From positions 551,123 through 615,122 of the forward strand of contig CAZIYE010000001.1 of NCBI GenBank assembly GCA_964543385.1: a stretch of 64,000 bases of DNA, in the 5' to 3' direction. The number at the start of each line of letters is the position of its first letter. Positions within the stretch are counted from its first letter, which is position 1. The notes beneath the pieces are model-generated. The model ran no database searches. It was not told the DNA's origin and saw only the letters and a program-made list of their open reading frames with translations. The DNA is from an uncultured Candidatus Saccharibacteria bacterium. Its GTDB lineage: Bacteria; Patescibacteriota; UBA1384; XYA2-FULL-43-10; 1-14-0-10-43-13. The position numbers and the translations under genes were made by a program. Below, in pieces: positions 37,164-46,161 of the stretch.

Positions 37164-37607
37164 CTAATTGCTGGTGACTGTAAAATCAATAGTTTTATTA
37201 AGAGAGGTCATTTTTATTTTATATTTGCCAGGCTTTATTGGAGACCCGGAGCTATCCTTCATTGACCATTGCCAATCTTCTTTCTCTCCAGGTTTCAGAT
37301 TAACGATGGTTTTATCAGCGGAATCTGCTTTATAGATTTGTTTGTTATTTGCATCGACTACGGTCCACGGGCCTATATCATTCCTTATCTTTAAGGTACA
37401 TTTGCTATATTTATCATTCTTAATACCTATAGTGACCAACTGATTAGGAAAGTAGCTCTTTCTATCTGTAAAGGCATAAAATTTGCAATCCTTGCTTTCG
37501 ACGTCAGCTGAAATAGATCCTGCCTTTCCAACATAAAAAACTATGCCTCCTACTATTGCCAAGATAGCAATACTAGAAAGTATTATCGTGTTTCTCAATG
37601 AGTTCAT
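37164..37607 (-). CDS. Membrane-anchored/secreted hypothetical protein
   Basis: N-terminal TM (IILSSIAILAIVGGIVFYV) and beta-rich body. Its stop is 2 nt from the lepB stop on the opposite strand. Confidence 0.4.
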   Translation of the reverse strand: MNSLRNTIILSSIAILAIVGGIVFYVGKAGSISADVESKDCKFYAFTDRKSYFPNQLVTIGIKNDKYSKCTLKIRNDIGPWTVVDANNKQIYKADSADKTIVNLKPGEKEDWQWSMKDSSGSPIKPGKYKIKMTSLNKTIDFTVTSN

Positions 37608-37642
37608 TACCGCTCCTATTTAATAGCTATATTACAAATTTA

Positions 37643-37663
37643 ACATCTTCCAGTGGAAGATGT
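37643..37663 (-). terminator. Rho-independent terminator for rpsT (ACATCTTCC-agt-GGAAGATGT)
   Basis: Perfect 9-bp stem. The minus-strand RNA is followed by UUAAAUUUGUAAUAU. Confidence 0.6.
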
Positions 37664-37693
37664 CAAAATTTGCTATTAGATCAAATATATCTA

Positions 37694-37954
37694 CTATTTT
37701 TTAGGAGATGTAGCTTTTGCTAGTTGAGACTTAAGTCTAGCAGCTTTATTTTTGTGAATAACATGTTTTTTCGCAGCGAGGTCGAGCTGTTTGTAGGCAT
37801 TGCTCAAAAGTTCGGTGACATTCTTTTCACCTTTAACTGTAGCAACTTTTAGTCCTTTAACGGCATTCTTTACCTTGGCTCTGGTATCGTCGTTTTCTAA
37901 TTTTCTTCTGGCTTCAACTTTTAAAGCTTTTTTTGCTGATTTGATAATTGGCAT
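37694..37954 (-). CDS. rpsT: 30S ribosomal protein S20
   Basis: MPIIKSAKKALKVEARRKLENDDTRAKVKNAVKG. Confidence 0.9.
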   Translation of the reverse strand: MPIIKSAKKALKVEARRKLENDDTRAKVKNAVKGLKVATVKGEKNVTELLSNAYKQLDLAAKKHVIHKNKAARLKSQLAKATSPKK

Positions 37955-38057
37955 GTTTATCTCTTTATTCTTATTTACAAACTAAGTGCTATTTTATCAG
38001 AAAGATGACAAATTGTAAAGAATATAATATAAAGCTATATTGGATCTTTTAGTAATC

Positions 38058-39020
38058 TTATTTAGCGGCTACTTTAGGGTCGGTGGAAATATTCTTCTTT
38101 AGTAAATTGTCGTAGATTTCTTTTATACCGTCTTCTAGATCAACAGTTGGCTGGTAGCCCAGTTCTGTTGTTATCTTCGTTAGATCAGCCCTTTGATCGC
38201 CAATATAACCCTCTTTGACGGGATTCTCGACAAATATTGGTTCGAGGTTTTTCTCTGTCACTTTATTAATCTTTTCAACAAGCTCTATCAGATTTATGGA
38301 GTGGTTTGTGCCAATATTAAAAATAGTAAAACCAAATTTCTTTTCAACATTCATTGCCCGTTCGATTCCTTGGACAACATCTTTGACATTGGTGAAGTCC
38401 CTTCTTTGTGTTCCGTCACCATAAAGAGTCGGGCGTTCACCCTTCTCCGTCATCCAAATGAATTGCGAAACAAGGTTGGCGAAATTTCCCTTATGATCCT
38501 CATGTAATCCATAAATACTCATAAAACGAAATGCAATAATCTCAAGTCCATAGCGTTTGCTGAATGCTCTTGATGTTTCCTCTTGCGCATGTTTAGTAAC
38601 AGCATAAAAATTTGGCGGAGTGACTTCCTGATCCTCAGTTAGGGGAGTAGGATTATTGCCATAAATAGAACTAGTTGAGGCGAATAGTACTTTTTTAGCA
38701 TTAATATCTCTAGCAAATTCCAAAACATTTAGGTGGCCAATAATGTTATTTTCAAATGATCCCTTTAGATCAGTTTCAAACATTGGAGCTGAAGAAGCTC
38801 CTGCCAAGTGTACTATGTAATCAAAGTCTGTTCCGGCTTTTTCTAAGTCTGATCTGTCCAAAACACTACCTTTTACAAACTTTACCTCTTTAGATAGGTT
38901 ATCTTCTCTTCCGAGAAAGAGATTATCCAATACTGTCACATTGTGGCCTTTTTGAGCCATTATGTTTGAAAAATTTGAACCTATAAACCCTGCACCACCT
39001 GCAACTAAAATTTTTGCCAT
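38058..39020 (-). CDS. NAD-dependent sugar-nucleotide epimerase/dehydratase (GalE-like SDR)
   Basis: MAKILVAGGAGFIGSNF Rossmann motif. Catalytic YAVTKHAQE (YxxxK). 320 aa. Confidence 0.85.
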   Translation of the reverse strand: MAKILVAGGAGFIGSNFSNIMAQKGHNVTVLDNLFLGREDNLSKEVKFVKGSVLDRSDLEKAGTDFDYIVHLAGASSAPMFETDLKGSFENNIIGHLNVLEFARDINAKKVLFASTSSIYGNNPTPLTEDQEVTPPNFYAVTKHAQEETSRAFSKRYGLEIIAFRFMSIYGLHEDHKGNFANLVSQFIWMTEKGERPTLYGDGTQRRDFTNVKDVVQGIERAMNVEKKFGFTIFNIGTNHSINLIELVEKINKVTEKNLEPIFVENPVKEGYIGDQRADLTKITTELGYQPTVDLEDGIKEIYDNLLKKNISTDPKVAAK

Positions 39021-39034
39021 ATTAACCTTAAATA

Positions 39035-41593
39035 TTAAACTAATTCTTTATAGACATTATAATTTATAGCGATCGTTTTCAATCTTTGCAACCCTTGGCT
39101 TGTCAGATCGTCAATTGAATGAATGCCAAAAAGTTGTAAAACATCATAAAGATTATATTTAGGTAGTTCGCTCAATGCCTCTGTAAGATTAGTAGTTTCT
39201 TCTTTAGACAACTTCTCGGCGTCAATATAAACCTTGCTTTTTAGGGGGTCGGTTCCTGATGGTCGAAAATCCAATTCGATGATAGCAGGGCCTAAATTGT
39301 TCTCATCTCCGAAGATCAAAGGAGTCCCTTCTGGTCTTGTTCTCCCCCCAGAGAGGGGCTCCTCATTCAAAGTCGTAAATCTGATTCTAGACCATAATGA
39401 TCTGTAATTTGGTAAAGCCATAGATAGAATATCTTTTACTTTGTCTAATCCGATATGCCCATCACGAACAGCTTTACTAATTGAAAAGAAAAAATTATTA
39501 AAGTTAGTCTTTAGATCGCTGCATTCTGCAAAAGCCTCATGTTGCTTCTTGAACGGAAGTTGAGCAATATAACCCTGATCTCCATGCAAAATGTCAATTC
39601 TAATATCAATTTTTGACTTCAAGTCGTATTTCTTAAAACCTTGATCAATAAGATTCAAGTAAGAGTAATCTCCTAAAAAGTTATTTTCCTTTAGATATAA
39701 TTCAGAGGAACGTGTAAGCTCTGAGAAAAGGGAATCCGCTGCACTTTTCTCTGGCATTGCCAATGTGTTTTTACCGAAGATGTTATAGCAATCATGGTTT
39801 AGACCAGCGACTCTACCGCCGCTTTCCTCGCTCTTAGCGTGTATCCTTATTGATTTATCCTTGTTTAAGATTATCTTATGACCAAGCTGATCAGTAAATT
39901 CACATTCATTGTCTGAATTCTTATTGAAATACCAATTTTCGATCACTTGTTGCATTTCAGACAGGTTCTTAAAGCCGACTCTCTCCATGAAATTTTCGAG
40001 ACCTACAACTGAGTTAGCAAATTCTGCCCATGCTCTTGTCGATACGTAGGTCGTCAAATAAACCGAGTGATATTTGTCCCATGTACCGTTTTGTTTCATT
40101 CTCTCATAATCAGCAATGTCGAGAAGCAAAAACTCCTTATTCGGTGTCGGAGCAACTAGGATCTTGTCATTATCTAAAATATAATAATCGATGCCGTATT
40201 CGGTAATAAGCCTTCTGTTATTTTCTGTATCGTCAACAACTTGTTTTACTACGAATCTGTCAGAATCTGGGTCACATTCATAAATTTTTATTCCTGTTTG
40301 ATACTTTTTTAATAAATCGCTATAAGGGATAGTCTCAGCAATTTTTTTCATTGTTGTATCAACGCCAAGATGATCAACACTGTAGATCTCAGATCCCGGA
40401 GAACCACCGGTTTTTATAATAATATAGCCCACATTGAAAAATTGGTCTTCTTCGGGATAAATAAGATCGAAAACATCTTTATCCACACCAAGTTTTTCCA
40501 TTAAGGGTTTAAGAGTTCTCCAAGTAGATCCGTTAAGAGGGTTTAAAAGTATTTTATGGCCGTTTTCTGTCGCCTTATTAATTAGATTGACATCATCCGG
40601 AGTCACATTTAAAGCTATACGATAGAGAGTTGTCATTCTATCGTAGGTAAGAGTTTTTTTGATGTTCTTGTGATTTGCTGCTGCTATTGTTACCGAATGC
40701 CCGCCTTCTGCATATATTTTTTGTTCAATAATTTTACGCAAAATTCGGCGGTAATCTTCATATTTATCGGGCAAAAGTTGTGCGCCACCAATGCCCAGAG
40801 CTTTTCTTCCGCACATATAATTAGAACTGTGGCTTGATGAATAATATGTTGATCCAGCGGCTCCAAGTAAGTGAGTTAAAAGCGATATTACTGTTATAGT
40901 CGAACTATCTGAAAAATCACTTGTTGTAATAACGGTGATTCCTTTTTCGGCAAGAATCCTTGATTCAAACTCGATAAATTTGGCTGTATGAGGTCTGACT
41001 TCACCGCTGATAATTTTGACTATGTTATCTTTGACAAAGGGTAATATTTTTTCGAGAGACAATCCATAGATATCTTCTACAATCTCTATTGTTTCTTTGT
41101 CTATTGTCTCTCTTAGCCATTTTGTATGAAGGGTAAAGCCAGGATCATCTTTTTCTATTTGCTCGAGGTTAGTCCTGATCTCATCATGAATCTGTACTAA
41201 AAACTCGGCCTCAGCTTCAACTAAAAGAGTTAAAAATAAGTCGTTGTACATCATGTTGGGATTTTCGCTGTGCAAAATATCCACAAAAGCTCTTATTCCG
41301 GCGGTTGATGCATCCGACTTCTTGTCAAATTCTTTCAAATGTTCGGAAAGATTATACAGATCAGCGAGTTCCGGTGTAACATTTACATCAAAAGCCTCTT
41401 TCTTATCTAAGTCAAAAATTGGCTTGAAAGATATATCATTAGTAGATTCAGCCCACATTTCGTTGTATTTTTGGATTATCGTTTCTCTGAGTCGGAGTTG
41501 GTTCTTCTGAATTTCACCCATTTGTCCGCTATTTTGTGCGGCAAATAAGTCCTTTAACTCCTGTTGGGATAGAGGGGTAACCTTGGCTTCCAT
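39035..41593 (-). CDS. Expanded, divergent alpha-D-phosphohexomutase (PGM/PMM) superfamily protein
   Basis: Metal loop CDPDSDRFVV (consensus DPDADR), phosphate-binding loop RPSGTDPLKSKVYIDAE (consensus RPSGTEP), and a degenerate Ser loop SSSHSSN (consensus TASHNP). 852 aa with an N-terminal extension and insertions. Confidence 0.45.
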   Translation of the reverse strand: MEAKVTPLSQQELKDLFAAQNSGQMGEIQKNQLRLRETIIQKYNEMWAESTNDISFKPIFDLDKKEAFDVNVTPELADLYNLSEHLKEFDKKSDASTAGIRAFVDILHSENPNMMYNDLFLTLLVEAEAEFLVQIHDEIRTNLEQIEKDDPGFTLHTKWLRETIDKETIEIVEDIYGLSLEKILPFVKDNIVKIISGEVRPHTAKFIEFESRILAEKGITVITTSDFSDSSTITVISLLTHLLGAAGSTYYSSSHSSNYMCGRKALGIGGAQLLPDKYEDYRRILRKIIEQKIYAEGGHSVTIAAANHKNIKKTLTYDRMTTLYRIALNVTPDDVNLINKATENGHKILLNPLNGSTWRTLKPLMEKLGVDKDVFDLIYPEEDQFFNVGYIIIKTGGSPGSEIYSVDHLGVDTTMKKIAETIPYSDLLKKYQTGIKIYECDPDSDRFVVKQVVDDTENNRRLITEYGIDYYILDNDKILVAPTPNKEFLLLDIADYERMKQNGTWDKYHSVYLTTYVSTRAWAEFANSVVGLENFMERVGFKNLSEMQQVIENWYFNKNSDNECEFTDQLGHKIILNKDKSIRIHAKSEESGGRVAGLNHDCYNIFGKNTLAMPEKSAADSLFSELTRSSELYLKENNFLGDYSYLNLIDQGFKKYDLKSKIDIRIDILHGDQGYIAQLPFKKQHEAFAECSDLKTNFNNFFFSISKAVRDGHIGLDKVKDILSMALPNYRSLWSRIRFTTLNEEPLSGGRTRPEGTPLIFGDENNLGPAIIELDFRPSGTDPLKSKVYIDAEKLSKEETTNLTEALSELPKYNLYDVLQLFGIHSIDDLTSQGLQRLKTIAINYNVYKELV

Positions 41594-41666
41594 AATTTCC
41601 TATAATTACTTTGATTCTTTTAATTATTAAAATTATATATAAAAGCCTTCAAATAAGCCATCTCTC

Positions 41667-42758
41667 TTACAAATAAAGGTGTTTGCCATCATCTCTGAGT
41701 TTGCTCAGTAAATCTTTAACATTGTTAGCTTTGGTTTTATCGGCGATAAAGAGAACATCATCAGTATCAATAACAATGATGTTTTCCAAACCCATAGTGG
41801 CAACCAATTTTTCATTGGCATAGACTAGACTGTCCTTGCTGCCGATATCGACATGATTACCTCTTGAAATTATGTGGGTTGAGTAGTTATCTAACAATAC
41901 GTCGCTCAATGTCTGCCATGTACCAATGTCGCTCCAGCCGAGATCAGCAGGAACTGCTAGGAATTTATTGAATTTAGAGTCTTCAACAATTGCATTCTCG
42001 ATTTGTTCCTTATCGAGTGTATTATAGAGAGCTTTAATTCGGCTTTCTGCTACTATTGATTTATCATTTTTTTCAATCTCATGGATTTCATTAACCACCT
42101 CAATTACCTTTGGTCGATATTGCTCAATCCATTTTAAAATTTGTTCAGCCTTGAAGAAATAGTATGCACCATTCCAAAGATGACTCCAACTTCTGACATA
42201 TCCTTTTGCAGTTTCAAGGTCCGGTTTCTCAGTAAACTGTTCAATATTAAAAACCTGACGGTTATCAACACGGCATTTCTCACTACCTATTCTCATATAG
42301 CCGAGCTCAGTACTTGGAAAATCAGGGTTGATACCAACAGCGACTAGGTGATCAGGATATTTTTCAATTACCTTTTGGCATGTCTTAACGGTTTCAATAA
42401 ATGCATCCGTATTTCTGATCATATGGTCGGAAGCAATTGTCGCGATCGTTGCATCAGGATCTTTTTCGAGCAGTTTGGTCGCAATGTACGCAAATGCCGG
42501 CGTGGTGTTTTTGGGACATGGCTCGATTATATAATTTTCGATTGGCACGTTTGGAAGTTGGCTTTTGATTTCATCCACAAATTTTGGTATTGCGGATATA
42601 TAGATTTTGTCTAGCGGTACAGCCTTACTCAACCTCTCGTAGGTTTCCTGAAGCAGGGTTTTGTCAGAAATTAATTTGTGCAATTGCTTCGGTTTTGACT
42701 CCCGACTCATAGGCCATAGCCTTGTTCCAGAACCACCAGCCATTATTACTGCATACAT
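41667..42758 (-). CDS. manC: Mannose-1-phosphate guanylyltransferase (GDP-mannose pyrophosphorylase)
   Basis: MYAVIMAGGSGTRLWPMSRESKPKQL nucleotidyltransferase motif. 363 aa. Confidence 0.8.
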   Translation of the reverse strand: MYAVIMAGGSGTRLWPMSRESKPKQLHKLISDKTLLQETYERLSKAVPLDKIYISAIPKFVDEIKSQLPNVPIENYIIEPCPKNTTPAFAYIATKLLEKDPDATIATIASDHMIRNTDAFIETVKTCQKVIEKYPDHLVAVGINPDFPSTELGYMRIGSEKCRVDNRQVFNIEQFTEKPDLETAKGYVRSWSHLWNGAYYFFKAEQILKWIEQYRPKVIEVVNEIHEIEKNDKSIVAESRIKALYNTLDKEQIENAIVEDSKFNKFLAVPADLGWSDIGTWQTLSDVLLDNYSTHIISRGNHVDIGSKDSLVYANEKLVATMGLENIIVIDTDDVLFIADKTKANNVKDLLSKLRDDGKHLYL

Positions 42759-42851
42759 AGTATCCTTGTTTGTTTAATATAAACTAAATAATTAAGCCAT
42801 AATTTAACACTATAAAGTGGGTTTATCAATCACTGGTTTAACAAAATTTGA

Positions 42852-43760
42852 CTAATATCGTTCGATTTCTAGTGTTGAAGCGTCTGCTGATACTCTCAAT
42901 TCTATTTGCTTGGGACTACTGTCAAAGTCATCGCTTTTATAAGTATTGTCCTGCTTCTTTAATCCTAGTTCTCCAAAATTATTTTCTAATAACCCAGAGT
43001 CAGAAATTATACAGAGGGCATATTCTTTTGGTAACAGAATATTACTTTTTGATGCGCCAATGTCAAACCCCATCGTAACTTTATCAATCACTGATCCAAT
43101 CTTTATATTGCTTTTGCTAGCACCCGCATTGATTTTGAGTTTGGTGAGCTTGATCGCCGAAAAATCTAGATCTAGTTTGCTGGCGCCAGAATCGATATTT
43201 ATCTCCATGGGGATACTTTTATTGAGGCTCAACGAAAAATTTCTTTTTGTATTGCCAGGGTTGAATATGCCGAAATCACGATGGTCTTCAGAGAAGTTGA
43301 TGTCTGCAACATTGCCGTTTATGTTATTTTTTGCTCTAATTTCACTGTTAGATTCAAAAAAAACCTCATATAATTTACTATCATTATTAAGAGAGTTGAC
43401 CTCGATATTTGCTGCTCCTAGATTCAGATCTAATTTAACTTCTTCAATATTTGTATCTGTATCATATGAAAATTTCTGGGTCTCGACATTCTCCGATCTA
43501 CCAGTATTCATTTTTTTGTTTAAGTCTTTGAAGTTTGAAATATAAAGTATCCCAAGAATTGACATTGCTACAAGTAGTACCGCGGGAATTATACTATCCT
43601 TACCGAAAATTATTCCAGCTCCGAGAAGGATAAGAAAGAGTGGCCAAAGATCAAAAGCAGAACGCCAAACACTTTCATTCCACCAGCCAAAGTTTATTCC
43701 CAAAAGCAGAACGCCGATAAAAAGAATTATAAACCCCCAGAGTAATCTTCCAAATCTCAT
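42852..43760 (-). CDS. LiaF/LiaG-like (DUF4097) membrane protein, envelope-stress associated
   Basis: N-terminal TM helices. C-terminal repeats ...GASKLDLDFS..., INAGASKSNIKIG, FDIGASKSNILLP are typical of the DUF4097 beta-helix. Adjacent to pspC. Confidence 0.45.
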   Translation of the reverse strand: MRFGRLLWGFIILFIGVLLLGINFGWWNESVWRSAFDLWPLFLILLGAGIIFGKDSIIPAVLLVAMSILGILYISNFKDLNKKMNTGRSENVETQKFSYDTDTNIEEVKLDLNLGAANIEVNSLNNDSKLYEVFFESNSEIRAKNNINGNVADINFSEDHRDFGIFNPGNTKRNFSLSLNKSIPMEINIDSGASKLDLDFSAIKLTKLKINAGASKSNIKIGSVIDKVTMGFDIGASKSNILLPKEYALCIISDSGLLENNFGELGLKKQDNTYKSDDFDSSPKQIELRVSADASTLEIERY

Positions 43761-43770
43761 AATTGCCTAC

Positions 43771-44214
43771 CTATTTTTTGCTATTTAATATTACAGCAAT
43801 ACCAACAACCACTAATACTAATGGCCAAAATACTGACCAAGCGCGGAAGCCTAGAACATTCTGTAATAAGAACAGTATTCCAATGACTATAATAACGAAG
43901 CCGATTATAAGTCTGCCATCGTCTTTGGAAACTATATTTTTATGGTCTTTAGCCTCTTTCTTGATTTCGCTAGCAAATTTTTCTGCTTTTTCCTTTATCT
44001 CTTCCGCTCCTGTTTTCCCTGTGGCACAACTAGGATCCTCGGGGATTATTATCCAAGCGACAATGTAAAATATGATTGATATACCTGTAAAGATTAGAAG
44101 CGCAACAATCAATCTTATTAAAACAGGATCAATATCAAAATATTTTCCTAGGCCTCCGCAGACGCCTCCTAATATTCTATTGTCGCAAGAACGATAAAGA
44201 TGTTTTTCTTTCAT
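43771..44214 (-). CDS. PspC-domain membrane protein
   Basis: LYRSCDNRILGGVCGGLGKYFDIDPVLIRLIVALLIF matches the PspC domain consensus. Confidence 0.8.
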   Translation of the reverse strand: MKEKHLYRSCDNRILGGVCGGLGKYFDIDPVLIRLIVALLIFTGISIIFYIVAWIIIPEDPSCATGKTGAEEIKEKAEKFASEIKKEAKDHKNIVSKDDGRLIIGFVIIVIGILFLLQNVLGFRAWSVFWPLVLVVVGIAVILNSKK

Positions 44215-44297
44215 ATGTTCCTTTTTATTTTAATAATTGTAACACCAATTATATCATATAGCCTTGCTATTTTAAACCAATATTCTATTCAAATACC

Positions 44298-44325
44298 TTG
44301 ACAAAATGGCAGTTTTTGCTATATT
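44298..44325 (+). promoter_or_regulatory. Promoter TTGACA-16-TATATT upstream of nrnA
   Basis: ccTTGACAaaatggcagtttttgcTATATTtac. Two copies of GATTGGACAT lie downstream (44367 and 44411). Confidence 0.4.
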
Positions 44326-44408
44326 TACTAGTTTCCCAGAAACAAAAAAAACCGAATAGCAAATAGATTGGACATATCTAACTCAGCATATTTGCTTAAT
44401 TCGATTGA

Positions 44409-45572
44409 TTGGACATTAGATTTTATATGGAATTATCCCCCAAACAACAAGTCGTAGATGTTATAAAGAACAGCCAAAGAGTTCTTCTTTTGACACACAA
44501 AAATCCTGATGGCGATGCCGTTGGTAGTATTTTGGGCTTATATTTCTCTCTTAAGAAGCTGGGCAAGGATGTCGTTGTTGTATGTGCTGATGTGCCGTCA
44601 GCTATATTCGACTATATGCCGGGGGTCAAAGAAATTGCCCAAAACTTTGCTTCTGGCAGAGATTTTGTCATATCTGTCGATACTTCCAAGGTGCAGGCAG
44701 ACAAAATAATGTATAAGATGGATGAAAATAAACTTAACATAATTGTTACTCCTAGGAATGGTCAGTTTAGCAAGGATATGATTTCATGTTGTGACGGCAA
44801 TTTTCATTATGATGCTGTTGTTGTCCTCGATTCAACTGATTTGGAAAGAATCGGCAATCCTTATGAGAAACATCCTGAACTTTTCTTCGACATTCCTGTT
44901 ATTAATATAGATCACCATGCCGGTAATGATTTTTTTGGCAAAGTTAATCTTGTCGACATTACAGCAACATCCACTTCTGAAATTTTGGTCTCGGTCTTGG
45001 AAGCATTGACTGGGGATCCCAAGTTTATTAATGAAGAAATCGCCACTGCTTTGCTAACGGGAATTATCACAGATACAAATTCTTTTCAAAATACCAATAC
45101 AACTCCAAAATCGCTTACAGTTGCAGCACAACTTGTTGCATTTGGAGGAAGACAACAAGACATAATAAAAAGTATCTATAAGACTAAACCTCTTTCTACT
45201 TTGCGCTTGTGGGGTAGGGCATTATCAAATTTACGTGATGAAAAATCTCATAAATTTGTCTGGACGCAGTTATACAAAAAGGATTACCTTGAAGTGGGGG
45301 CGGCAGAAACAGAATCTTCTGGCGTTATTGATGAATTATTGAAGACTGCCTCGGGCGTAGATTTTGCTCTACTATTGTCAGAAAAAAATGGCGATGTCCA
45401 TGGTTCACTTAGATCCACAACCAAATCTAAAGATGTTTCTATTATTGCTAAACTCTTTGGCGGGGGTGGTCATCCGATGGCAGCAGCTTTTCAGATGAAC
45501 AGCACGTCGCTAGAGGCTTCATCTGACTCCGTTATCCAAAAGATAAAGGAATACCAAGACTCCCTAGTCTAA
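44409..45572 (+). CDS. nrnA: DHH/DHHA1 phosphoesterase, NrnA-like bifunctional oligoribonuclease / pAp phosphatase
   Basis: DHH motifs LLLTHKNPDGDAVGS and NIDHHAGND. DHHA1 motif GGGGHPMAAAF. Confidence 0.8.
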   Translation: MDIRFYMELSPKQQVVDVIKNSQRVLLLTHKNPDGDAVGSILGLYFSLKKLGKDVVVVCADVPSAIFDYMPGVKEIAQNFASGRDFVISVDTSKVQADKIMYKMDENKLNIIVTPRNGQFSKDMISCCDGNFHYDAVVVLDSTDLERIGNPYEKHPELFFDIPVINIDHHAGNDFFGKVNLVDITATSTSEILVSVLEALTGDPKFINEEIATALLTGIITDTNSFQNTNTTPKSLTVAAQLVAFGGRQQDIIKSIYKTKPLSTLRLWGRALSNLRDEKSHKFVWTQLYKKDYLEVGAAETESSGVIDELLKTASGVDFALLLSEKNGDVHGSLRSTTKSKDVSIIAKLFGGGGHPMAAAFQMNSTSLEASSDSVIQKIKEYQDSLV

Positions 45573-45700
45573 CAATAACTCTATTGGGATAAAATAGATT
45601 GATATATAGACGAAATTATGATATAAAATAATAAATCAATAGTAATTAAGGGAGAAACCGGTTGGAGGTATAAACTTCCACTGCCGGCTGAAAGGAAAAG

Positions 45701-45979
45701 ATGGTTCAAGAAAAGGCTGCGAAAGCAGCGAAAGATGATCTGGTCAAAAAATACCAGACTCACAAAAATGACACTGGTTCGACTGAGGTACAGGTAGCAA
45801 TCCTGACAAAGAAGGTTTCTGACCTTACTAAGCATTTGAAAGAACACAAGAAGGATTTCGATTCTCGACGCGGACTTCTCATGATGGTTGGTAAACGCCG
45901 AAGACTTCTAAACTATCTTCGCAAAAATGACGAAGAAAAGTATACAAAAGTTATCACTGATTTAGGTCTCAAAAAATAG
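45701..45979 (+). CDS. rpsO: 30S ribosomal protein S15
   Basis: TGSTEVQVAILTKKVSDLTKHLKEHKKDFDSRRGLLMMVGKRRRLLNYL. Confidence 0.95.
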   Translation: MVQEKAAKAAKDDLVKKYQTHKNDTGSTEVQVAILTKKVSDLTKHLKEHKKDFDSRRGLLMMVGKRRRLLNYLRKNDEEKYTKVITDLGLKK

Positions 45980-45991
45980 GGGATTAAGATA

Positions 45992-46013
45992 AGGCTCCGA
46001 TTCATCGGAGCCT
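45992..46013 (+). terminator. rpsO terminator / pnp leader hairpin (AGGCTCCGAT-tca-TCGGAGCCT)
   Basis: Perfect 9-bp stem. Classic rpsO-pnp intergenic organisation. Confidence 0.55.
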
Positions 46014-46161
46014 CTCTTAGTTCATTGAAAAATTTATTAATTTAAAGAGATGCAAGTTTCTAGTTTCTAATTACAAATTTCTAATCGAAATAGGGATCTT
46101 TGAAAATTGATTGGAAATTGAAAATTGGATATTGGAAATTGCTCTCCAGGGAAGGACCTTT

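Noticed and set aside
44367-44420. Two copies of GATTGGACAT about 44 nt apart upstream of nrnA
   Set aside because: A 10-mer occurring twice in AT-rich DNA has limited significance. The second copy overlaps the start codon region (ATGGAATTA...). I noted it in the promoter feature only.
45581-45847. 88-aa minus-strand ORF overlapping rpsO
   Set aside because: It is antisense to a highly conserved ribosomal protein gene with no RBS, so it is spurious. The same holds for the many short antisense ORFs inside hppA, pnp, rnj, ppsA and the giant gene.
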